A stretch of 63,507 nt of DNA, filler included, from Globobulimina sp. (lineage: Eukaryota), in assembly GCA_003354225.1 (NCBI GenBank). It is 15 parts of 15 records of this genome, joined end to end, with 100 filler letters (N's around TTAATTAATTAA, not from the genome) between each part and the next. Parts side by side here need not be neighbours in the genome. Positions count along the whole stretch, not along the records: positions 1 to 4,147 come from PIVH01001556.1; positions 4,248 to 8,393 come from PIVH01001557.1; positions 8,494 to 12,639 come from PIVH01001558.1; 12 more parts are not named here. The stretch is one strand, 5' to 3'. Of this stretch, positions 1-9,950 are shown piece by piece; the first letter of the stretch is position 1, and every line of letters starts with the position of its first letter. The notes below the pieces were generated by a model. That model did not search any database and was not told the origin of the DNA. It was given only the letters and a program-made list of their open reading frames with translations. Position numbers and translations under genes: made by a program.

Positions 1-878
1 CCATATTGTGCATTTATCACAGAATCAAAAAATACAAAATGCGTTAAAGGCCGATAATCCAAAATGCGAATTAATAATATGTATATCAATCAATTTGTTT
101 AATTTACAAAATGCGAATGACATATTGAATTCATGCTGAAATTATTCAGTTTGATGATGTGACAATCCATAAAATATCACAATACAATTAATTCAAACTG
201 TATTTGTATTCCCCACAGTCTTACATTTTCTGCTTAGTTGAACTACAAAAAAAAACGTTTGTCTGAACTAAAGTGGAAAATGTGAGAAACAGGTACAAAT
301 CAGTGATTTTTTTCGCATGTTGTAAATATGTTAATTTTTATTGTGAATTGTGTTTTTAAAATGGTGTTTTTGTGATTTCCGAATCACTTCGGCTGACATT
401 CTGTATTCACATAAGCACTGCTTGGATGATTATATCTTCTTCTAATGGGAAATGTGATTCATTTTTGGTGAATATAGGGATGTAAAAAAACGGAAAATGT
501 GTTTTTATTTCTGAGAATTTTTCTCTCATAGTTTTTACTTTAGTCCCAACAATGTCTGAACAATTTGATTCATTAAAATTGAGATGTTTTATCATCAATA
601 TTTATTTCTTTATTTACAATTTATTTATAAATTTAATTTTAATATATTGAGAGAAATGTCCATCAAAAGCAAATCGATCAAAGTTTGAAAGAATGAACAA
701 ATAATAACAACTTCATACTTTATATTGGTCGATAATTATATTGGTATACAAACTATTACAAAGGTTATGTATCAAAACTCATCGTTTAGCTTAAATATAG
801 TTTAAATATGCAACAAAGAAACATTTGCTTTGAGATGTTATGAATCAATATTTTGTAGATTGGACTGATGATCATCGC

Positions 879-2831
879 CTATATGCTTTTGATATGCTTT
901 TGTTCGATTTCTAATTTTTTCAACAAAATATCCACATTATTTGTGATTAAATCTGTGTCATTATTATTAATATTTTGATTGTGTATTGCTGTTGAATTTG
1001 AATCCATTGTTAAACGAAATTTTATGTCATCTCTTTCCCGCTCGATTTGATAAATTTGTTTATTTAAATTTGTAACTTCAAATGTTTTGCTTTTTAAATC
1101 TCGTTCGAAATTTCTTTTGATATTAATCAATTCCTTCGATAATTCATTCACTTTTAATTTTGCCATTGTTGCTAATTTCTTATATTTTGCCTTTTCTTTT
1201 TTTAATTTATTTGAAATTTTAATGTTGTTTTTATTATTTTCATTTATTTCCTCGATTTTATTCTCATATTTTAACGTCAAATCTTGTATTTTTTGATCGA
1301 TTTTTTTATTTATTTCATTGATATCATTGTCTAAATATTCAATTTGCGTCAAATATTTATTTTCTTTGCTGGTTAATTTATAATTTATATCTAAAATATT
1401 ACGATATTTATTTGTTAATGATTGATATTCTCCATTTATTTCTATATTTTCTTTCTTTAAACACGAAATATCATTTAATAAATTTTCAATTTCAGCTTCA
1501 AATGTTTTGTTGCTTTCGGATAAATTTATTTTTTCATTTTCGATTTGTTCCATTTTGAGAGTTTTTGTTTGTATTTCTGTTGTTAATAAATCCATTTCAT
1601 TGTTATTTTGATTTTGTAATTTTATCAATTTACGTTTTGTTTCTTCATATTTTTTTTCAATTTCTTGTTTGGACTCAATTAAATCATTAAAATCACAAAA
1701 GTTTTGATGTTTCATTTGTTGAATTTCAATCAGATTTTTATTATTTAATTTATTAATTTCAATGCGCAAATTGTCTTTTTTTGAACTTATTGAATTTATT
1801 TCATTTTCAAGATTTGAGATTTTATCATTTAAAATATCAATTTCTTTGTGGTGTTGTTGTTTTATTTCCTTTTCTTTTTTACAAAATGATTCATTTAAAT
1901 CATTTATCTCTTCTTTTTTATTTTTAATTAAATTCTTCAAATAATTGTCATTATTTTCTAATTTTTGTAATTTATTGTGATTTGATAAATAATTTTGTTT
2001 ACCGATTTCGTGTTCTTTTTGTAAATCTGAATATATTTGTTTTAATCCGTTACATTCCGTATTTTTTATTAATAATTTGCCCTCAAATTCTTTTATTTTA
2101 GCAATGTTTTGGCATTTAATTTCTTCATTTTCCAATAATAATTTGCTATTTCTGTCATTTAATGAATTTATCTGCGTTCGTAAACATTTTATTTGCTGAT
2201 TGTACTCAATATTTTGTGTTTTATATTCTTGTAATTCCTGTTTTAATGTTAACAAAATATTATTATCCTTCATATTGTAAACACATTGTTGCTTTTTTAA
2301 TTCTTCATTTTCTTGCTGTAATCCGAGCACTTTAAAATTTAAAGTCGTTTTGTGTTCATTTAATATATTTTCAAATGAATTTTGTGTGTGTTGGTGATTT
2401 ATTTTTAAGATTTCCAATTCTCGCAACGTTTTAGTATATAAATTGTGATATTTTTCCATTTCTTGTTTCATCCAATTAACTTTTTCATTGTAGGACGTCT
2501 CTAAGTCTTCGATAATTTTTACTTTTAATAATTCCAATTCCGTATTTGAGATCATTTCCGATTGGATTTTTTCAAATTCGCGCGCTTGAATTTTTAGTTC
2601 GTCATTCCATTTTTTGTACAGATTTTGACAATCAAATTCTAATGATTTTTTAGAGTCAATTTCATTTTGGTATTCTTTTTTTAAATGTACCAAGTCTTGT
2701 TCTCGTGAAATGTATTCTTTTTTTAATATATCAAAAGCGGATTTAAGTTCTACGTTCTGTTGTTTTAATGCTTTGCCGATTTGAATTGATTCCAACAATG
2801 CACAATCTTCATCTTGTTCGCTGGGCATCAT
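879..2831 (-). CDS. CEP83: Long coiled-coil protein, CEP83/CCDC41-like (centriole distal appendage)
   Basis: 650-aa intronless coiled coil. The segment ELELLKVKIIEDLETSYNEKVNWMKQEMEKYHNLYTKTLRELEILK resembles, from memory, the CEP83 block [41 protein letters not shown]. Confidence 0.6.
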   Translation of the reverse strand: MMPSEQDEDCALLESIQIGKALKQQNVELKSAFDILKKEYISREQDLVHLKKEYQNEIDSKKSLEFDCQNLYKKWNDELKIQAREFEKIQSEMISNTELELLKVKIIEDLETSYNEKVNWMKQEMEKYHNLYTKTLRELEILKINHQHTQNSFENILNEHKTTLNFKVLGLQQENEELKKQQCVYNMKDNNILLTLKQELQEYKTQNIEYNQQIKCLRTQINSLNDRNSKLLLENEEIKCQNIAKIKEFEGKLLIKNTECNGLKQIYSDLQKEHEIGKQNYLSNHNKLQKLENNDNYLKNLIKNKKEEINDLNESFCKKEKEIKQQHHKEIDILNDKISNLENEINSISSKKDNLRIEINKLNNKNLIEIQQMKHQNFCDFNDLIESKQEIEKKYEETKRKLIKLQNQNNNEMDLLTTEIQTKTLKMEQIENEKINLSESNKTFEAEIENLLNDISCLKKENIEINGEYQSLTNKYRNILDINYKLTSKENKYLTQIEYLDNDINEINKKIDQKIQDLTLKYENKIEEINENNKNNIKISNKLKKEKAKYKKLATMAKLKVNELSKELINIKRNFERDLKSKTFEVTNLNKQIYQIERERDDIKFRLTMDSNSTAIHNQNINNNDTDLITNNVDILLKKLEIEQKHIKSI

Positions 2832-2881
2832 GATGCTATGTAAAGATTTAAAGTTTTTGCTTCTTTCAAATCATCTGCATC

Positions 2882-3861
2882 ATGGCATTGACAATGAACC
2901 ATTTGTACGATGAAGATATTCTCAGCTTAGCTATAACTGGATTTTTCCATGATACGTTTAATTTTGATGCTGACTATTTTTATGATGGATATACTATAAT
3001 TTGGGTCGCTGATTTTATTGAAAAAAATGAAGAACATTTATTTATGAATATACTCCCAAATGATATTATATTTACAATCTCTAAATTTTATCGTAAGCAC
3101 GATTATTGGGATGTTTTTAAAACTCATCATTTATTTCAAATTCATGGCGAAACCAATCAAACCTTAATTGACGACCATAAAAAAGATGGCATATTTATTA
3201 ATAATTGCAATGACGACGCGGTTTGGCGACATGCCTTTGGGGTTGATATTATATCAATATTCACTAAAAAGCATTGGAAATTCAAATTGGAATCAAATAT
3301 TGAACAGATAGCAATCGGTTTAATTGGAATACAGCAACAAGATAAATTATTGAATGATATCAAGACTTTATCCACAAAAAAACGGCGTGCACAGAGAAGA
3401 AAACTCAGGTTAATGAGGTTATATTTATATTATATTTCATTATTCTTTAATTTATTATGATATTAATAATTATAATGTTAAGATATTCGTTTTTAAATAA
3501 AGAATATGATGGAATTGGTATTGAATCAGCATGGGATCCAAATGATGTTGGTGGTGATGAGAATGAGTGGGATTATTACATCAAATCAAGAAATAAAACA
3601 TATGGAACATTGTTTAGGGAATGGAGTAAAAAAGAACAATACAGCGCCGATTATTTGAAGACTGGCGATAGTGTTGAATTTATTGCAGACTTATCAAAAA
3701 TTAATGAGTTCACAATGCAATTTATTGTAAACGATAAAGAATGGAAAGTCATTGAATCAACAATGCTAAATTGTGAGCTAAAGAAAAAATATAAACTCGC
3801 AATTGCCACCAAAAATGTATATAATATCGATAAACCAACAAGAATACGATTGTTGCAATAG
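2882..3861 (+). CDS. SPRY/B30.2-like beta-sandwich protein (2 exons)
   Basis: ORFs 2882..3460 and 3457..3861 join in frame through an intron from 3418 (or 3409) to 3482. Pattern: D.WD ... W.HAFG..I....W.FKL...IAIGL ... LKTGDSVEF..DL.....QFIVN ... YKLA. Confidence 0.55.
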
Positions 3862-3979
3862 ACTTTTATAATAATCGTGTTTTCTAGAATTGAATCGTTT
3901 CTCCCACAAAACAAAAATTGTTATATTCGGTCATCATAAATAGAATAATGGTGAGGAATACGATAGAAAAGAATAGCTA

Positions 3980-4052
3980 GCCCGCTTAGCTCAGACGGCA
4001 GAGCGTTGGCCTCTTAAGCCAATGGTCGTGGGTTCGATCCCCACAGCGGGTG
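3980..4052 (+). tRNA. trnK: tRNA-Lys(CTT)
   Basis: Full cloverleaf: acceptor GCCCGCT/AGCGGGT, D stem GCTC/GAGC, anticodon stem TTGGC/GCCAA with loop CT-CTT-AA, T arm GTGGG-TTCGATC-CCCAC. Confidence 0.97.
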
Positions 4053-4077
4053 TCAATAAGGAATTGACTTTAACTAT

Positions 4078-4144
4078 GCCCACTTGGTCTAGTTGCTTAT
4101 GCCATCTGCTCCACACGCAGACCGTTCGAGTCTCGCAGTGGGTA
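4078..4144 (+). pseudogene. Degenerate tRNA-Val(CAC)
   Basis: Acceptor GCCCACT/AGTGGGT and anticodon stem TCTGC/GCAGA with loop TC-CAC-AC are present. U33 is C, the D-loop GG is GC, and the variable loop plus 5' T-stem are mostly deleted before TTCGAGT-CTCGC. Confidence 0.8.
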
Positions 4145-4147
4145 CTT

Positions 4148-4247
4148 NNNNNNNNNNNNNNNNNNNNNNNNNNNNNNNNNNNNNNNNNNNNTTAATTAAT
4201 TAANNNNNNNNNNNNNNNNNNNNNNNNNNNNNNNNNNNNNNNNNNNN
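4148..4247. other. Artificial contig-joining linker (first of 14)
   Basis: N44-TTAATTAATTAA-N44 (stops in all six frames). Also starts at 8394, 12640, 16884, 21128, 25372, 29615, 33857, 38095, 42333, 46569, 50805, 55040 and 59274. Contig lengths run in descending order from 4147 to 4134. Confidence 0.99.
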
Positions 4248-4329
4248 TTATAGAAAATATAAATTCCATCAGCAAAAAGACTTGTTATTTGATAAAATAT
4301 AATTACTTCAACGATATATTCCAAAAGAT

Positions 4330-4482
4330 AAGGGAATGTTCTAGTGCTGCGTAATTAGAATTGATACCTATGACTTAGGTGTCATTAATTACAATTTATT
4401 GCAATTGAGATCTGAGTGGCTAGTTTGCAAAAACAAGTTATTAGGTATCAATTATAATTACGTAATACTAGAACATTCTCTT
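4330..4482. repeat. Imperfect inverted repeat, ~47-bp arms (MITE-like), in the presumed SF3B2 intron
   Basis: AAGGGAATGTTCTAGTGCTGCGTAATTAGAATTGATACCTA (from 4330) matches the reverse complement of TAGGTATCAATTATAATTACGTAATACTAGAACATTCTCTT (to 4482). Confidence 0.75.
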
Positions 4483-4599
4483 GCCAATAATCTGACTGAT
4501 TCTGACGAGAGTTAACTTATCGATAATAGTGATTGCTTAAATACTACGGCAAGACAAACGATCATAGAACTTGATTTAATAACAACTTACAATGTAAAC

Positions 4600-6127
4600 A
4601 ACGCTGTATATTGATCAGCCACGGCGGCGGATCCTCCACATCGCAGCGCTTCAACAGCTCCTCTTTGCCGTCCTTGCTCGACAGCCACACGTAGCCGGTG
4701 ACCGGCGCAGAGATCCGGATCCGCTTCGGACCGCAGTGCTGGTCCCACACCACATACTGCCCATATTTCAGCTGCTGCACATCGAACCACTCCACGTCGC
4801 CCGTGTCCTCATTGTCGCGCTGGTTGCGCACCACCACGCCGCCCGGAGACACCACTCTGTATCGCGGCGTCATGGTCAGCGCCTTCTTGAGATTGTCGCT
4901 GATGAAGCCCGGCTTGAATTTGCGGAATTTCATCTGGAACTCCTTGCCTTCGTAGTACAGGTCGCCGAAACCCGTCAGGTCGTCGGGCTTGGTCTGGTGA
5001 GTGAAGAAGGCGTCGTGCAGGATTTTGTAGGAGATCTCGAGCCCGCCTTTCTTGGGCCGCACCTTTTCGCGCTGCTTCTGCTTCATGCTCTTCTCCGACA
5101 GCAACGTCAAGCGGTTCTCGCGCATTTTGGTGATGCCGGTGGCGTGGATGTAAGGCGGTAATTTGAAGGCCGGTTTGAGGAATCCGCGCTTGCCCTGCAA
5201 GTACTTCCTTTTTTGCAGCCAATGGGCCGGCACCGGCACGGTGTTGCGCATCGATTTGAGTTCAATTAAGAGCCACGGATCGGGAGCGTTGACGTCGTGC
5301 TCCTCCACCAAGTCCGAGCGGATCACGCCTTTTTTCAGTTGCGCGATGTTGGGACGGTGCTTGATTTTCCGTTTCTTGTTGCTGAGGGTTTCGGTGTTGG
5401 CGGCGTCGGATTTTGATTTGTTTTTGCTTTTTTTGGAGTCGTCGGGGATGGCGGCTTCGATGGGGTCTTCCCGGCGCAGTTTCTCCTTTTCTTCCTTCTC
5501 TTGCTGTTTTTTCAACTTTTCGCGGTCTGCGGCTTGGCGGATTAGTTCTTCTTTGGTTTTGAATAAATCCTCGGCCGGCGTGAACCGCTCGAATGCGGCT
5601 TGGAAATTATTTTTAGCGGTTTCGGTTAGCGTATCGGAGATATATTCGATTTCCTGTGTGTTTGAGATTTTTTTTTGTGGTTAGTGCAAGGATAAAAAAG
5701 CAATTTGTGTTACCGACAATTTTTTATTCCATGGCAGCAATTTTAAGTCACTACAAAAAAGTAAATGGATAATTTTGTGGATTGAGTTTGGAGATATTAT
5801 GGACTTAACATTTAATAATGTCTGGGACTCATTTAATAGTGATTTGGTTTGGGAGAGCTTGCGTTGTTGTGCGTGCAGTGCTATTTTACGTTGTTTTTTG
5901 CGTTGTTTTCTTCTTTTACGTTTTAGTTTTTGTTTAGCCCATTTTGAGGGTTTAATGGGTGGTTTGTGGCCGTTTAGTTGTGCTGTGGTTGATGTTGGAT
6001 GAGGCGGTTTTGTTTCAATTGATTTTGTTTCAATTGGTGGTTTTAATGTTGTTTCAATTGATTTTGTTTCAATTGATGGTTTTAATGTTGTTTCAATTGA
6101 TTGGGAAGCTTCTGTTGCAATCGACAT
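4600..6127 (-). CDS. SF3B2: Splicing factor 3B subunit 2 (SAP145/Cus1), 3'-partial
   Basis: EIEYI motif, DUF382 (VEEHDVNAPDPWLL..LKSMRNTVPVPAHWLQKRKYLQGKRG...LHDAFF...FGDLYYEGKE) and the start of the PSP domain (PPPWLINIQR). Intron 5654..5713 and probably 5751..5804. The YGPPP exon is not on the contig. Confidence 0.95.
6010..6102 (-). repeat. Coding tandem repeat (SIETTLKP/SIETK units) in SF3B2 exon 1
   Basis: TTGTTTCAATTG cores recur in 15- and 24-bp units. Confidence 0.8.
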
Positions 6128-6308
6128 TATTTTTTTATTATTTTAAATAAAACAATGATTAGTTTGTTCGATATGTTTTGTGGGATTTTTAACAGATATT
6201 AAAACATATAAAAACCCACAATTGCTTGTTTGTTTGCTTGAATTTGTGTTCAACAATGATATTATAACGAAAACTTCAAAGTTCAGACTTGCGATTTTCA
6301 TTTCGAGG

Positions 6309-8136
6309 ATGTCGCAGATGCAACGTTTGCAATTATTATTATTATGTATGATCTCAGGATGTCTCGTATTGTTGGAAGGGTTGCTATCACGTCCGAGAGC
6401 TGGTAAACTGAGATATAGATATTATAACAAAGATGCAATAAAATCACATATTAAACAAACACAACGAGAAAATGTGTATAAAGCACATGCGACATCAACC
6501 GGTAATGACAAAGACGAAGATATCACAACAGCAACAGACCAAATGTGGGCCAGTTGCGAGAAACGAACATTTACCCAATATTTAGATCATTTTGGTTCAG
6601 GCATCGGGCCAGATGGTGTGACAACTTTCGAACAAAGATATTATTTATGTGGTAAAAACTTATATAACTGGCATGTAGATGCACCCGTATTTTTTTACTT
6701 TGGCAATGAAGCGGATGTGACTGCGTACATTGATTATACCGGTTTAATGTGGCAGCATGCTGCGGATTTCAATGCTTTATTAATATTTGCAGAACATAGG
6801 TATTATGGAGAATCATTGCCATACACCCAAGCGGATATAGTTGATGATACCCAAAAATTAAAATATTTAACCACTGATCAAGCCTTACAAGATTACGCGA
6901 CTTTGATTGATTACCTTAAAAAGAATACATTTGGCTATGCGCAGGAGTTCAATGGTAAATCGTCCACAAAATCTGCGCTTATTGGTTTTGGTGGGAGCTA
7001 TGGAGGCATGTTAGCCTGTTGGTATGTTGTCATATTGCTGATATTTGATATCAGTATTACAAAAACAATAATATAGGTTTCGAATGAAGTATCCGCAATA
7101 TATTGATGGTGTGATAGCTGCGTCCAGTCCAATATGGGGTGTTTTTGGGCTCATTCCCGCTGTGGATCCGTATGCTTTTTCACAGATAGTTACATATGAT
7201 GCTTCTGCAGAGGTTGGCGCTGATAATGACTTGTGTCAAAGCAATATTAAACAAGGTTGGACTGATATTATGCAAATTGCTGCTACGGATGATGGCAGAG
7301 CTCAATTAAAAGATATATTCAATTTATGTTCCACCCCAAAAAGCACACAGGACGCAAATGTTATATTAAGTGTTGTCGATGAAGCGTTAAGTTATATGGC
7401 AATGTCATCATATCCATATTCGTCGAATTATATCAGTGGAGCTGTAATGGGAACAACTAGCGGCGGTTTGCCTGCCTATCCTATGAGCTATGCTTGTAAT
7501 AAATATCTTACACAGCAATTTGAGTCTGCAGTGGATAGAGTGACAGCAATTGGAATGTTTAATGCTGTGTTCTGGAACTCTGATGGTGACAATCAATGTA
7601 TTGATACGGATACGTTATGGGATACGTATACTGGCTATATATGGGATTATTTGTACTGTCGGTCTTTGTTAATACCAGATGGCTCAAAAGGTGGTGATAA
7701 TGACATGTTATATCCATCTGAATGGGATGTGGCTGAGACTGTATTATGGTGCAATGAACAGTATGATATTAATGTTGATTCACATGGTCCAGCGTCCAGG
7801 AAGTATGGTGGCAGAGATATTTATAAATCAATGAGTAATATTGTTTTTAGCAATGGAGATATGGATCCATGGATGCCTGGGGGTGTATTGACGAAGGAAA
7901 GCGAGAGTTTGGTAAATATTATGATTGCAAATGCTGGGCATCATTTGGATTTAATGTTTGCGAATAGCAATGATCCGCAATCTGTGATTGATGCAAGAAA
8001 GATTGAACTTGAAAATATACAAAAATGGATAAAACAAGCAAACAGTAAATGGAATATGGGCATGTGCGATGTTGAAAATGTTGAAATGGAAATAAGTCCA
8101 CATCCATTGGTAAGTGCTATGAGTATGCTATTATAA
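6309..8136 (+). CDS. PRCP: Lysosomal Pro-X carboxypeptidase, peptidase S28
   Basis: Signal peptide, QYLDHF, FYFGNEA, AEHRYYGES, nucleophile GGSYGG, FSNGDMDPW, AGHHLDL. Intron 7022..7076 restores W-F-R-M-K-Y-P. Confidence 0.93.
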
Positions 8137-8577
8137 ATTATACAATAAATTTATATTTTTTTTTTCACATTTATACTTTTTGCAATGTTTTATGTCGATT
8201 TTTTGATATCATCCGTCTCAAATCTCTAGCTATAATCCAAAGGAGATGTATGCACTGTTACACACACTTCGAAAACACAACACACAAATTGAAATGGACT
8301 GAACCAAGTTTTTTTGCAAGTAAAAACATCTTATGTACAATCATAGTCATCGTTTTCAAGTGGATTATAGGTGACATTAAAATTGTTTTGTATNNNNNNN
8401 NNNNNNNNNNNNNNNNNNNNNNNNNNNNNNNNNNNNNTTAATTAATTAANNNNNNNNNNNNNNNNNNNNNNNNNNNNNNNNNNNNNNNNNNNNATTTCAG
8501 TTTTTTTGTCCCTGGAAAAAACAAAAAGTTCCTGTTTTTTGCGTGTACTGTAAACAAAAAAACTGAGAAAATAACAG

Positions 8578-9659
8578 GATAAAAACAAAAAAACATCTGA
8601 AACTCCACTGACTATTTTATTATCGCATTGTTTGGTAATTTCAATCTGTATCGAAGAATATGGAACGTTAGGAACAAATGATAGAGTCGGATGCGATGTT
8701 GATGCTAAAAACATTAATAATATATTTGGTAAAAACGGATATCAATATGATATTATTGAAAATGAGAGGAAGTATTTTGGTTTAAATGATTATACTGAAA
8801 TGCTTAAAGCAGTAAAAAGAGATATTGTAAGCAATGGTGATAAATATGATGCATTGCTATGCTTTGTGAGTGCCAATGGCAAATATGACATGAAAGGAAA
8901 TGATAATTCATTTATATGTTTATCAGATGGAAATAAAATAACAATCAACGATTTTTTAGATAATTTTAGAAATGATGAGATCAAAGGTATCGGTGATAAA
9001 TTTATTGGCAAATCAAAAATGTTTTTTATTGCGGCATGTCGTGGGCACAAAACTTTACTTCCAACTTTGAGTGAAAATGAAACTGCGAAACCAGTGGAGA
9101 GCATGGCAGCTAGTATGCCATTCAAGTATTCAGCTTCATTTTGTAGAGGGATCTATGGGAGCTATAGATATGACAATAACTGTAATAATGAAGAAAAATA
9201 TAGTTATAATATTAATGCCGATGATGAAATAATATTATTACAAAGCAATACAAATGGATACCAACCTTATGTAAATACATTAAATGGCAGTTTTTTGATT
9301 ACTGAGACTATAAATGCATTATCAAAACGTAATCAAATTATATCATTGAATGATGCAATAAATGAAATTAAATTTAATTTAAAAAATAATAAAAATGCAA
9401 ATCAAATTGTTGTGTTGACATCGAGTGCTGTAAATCAAATATATTTTGATGCAACAAATAAAAGTTACGTATATATACAACCAATTAAACAGATTAAATT
9501 AAATATATATTAATAATTAATATAAATACAGTATTTTTACATTTAATTGGTAATGTTGAGGATGTTATGAGTGCAGGGCCTAGTGATTTATATTCGCATT
9601 TTATACAGCAAATACAAAGTTTTTCAAATGAAGAGGAATGGATGAAAAATAGGAAATAA
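8578..9659 (+). CDS. Caspase-like peptidase C14 protein, 5'-partial, catalytic His replaced
   Basis: LVISICIEEY...R.GCDVD, DALLCFVSANG, KSKMFFIAACRG, D.IILLQSNTNGY...GSFLI. Acceptor at 8577. A probable intron 9464..9531 adds a short last exon. Confidence 0.8.
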
Positions 9660-9950
9660 CTATCACATATAATTATATTCATATATTATAACATATGTCT
9701 TTAGCTAGCTTAGATTTCAAATTTAAAGTAGAAAACAGTGTTAGTCAGTTTTTCTCAGAGAGATGTTTCAGCAAACTGTGAGCCAGCAATGAGCGCCAGC
9801 AATCAGACTACGTCCTGAATCCTGATTGAATTTTTTAATACATATAACATCATTATTTTATTAATGCAGACTCCCAAAGAAAAAAGAAGAAAAGAAAGAA
9901 AAAAAAGAAGAAAATTACAATTCAAAAAAATAATATGTACTGTGTTATTT

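Noticed and set aside
6010-6102. CRISPR-like short repeats
   Set aside because: No unique spacers, unit lengths are multiples of 3, the repeat is coding, and the context is eukaryotic.
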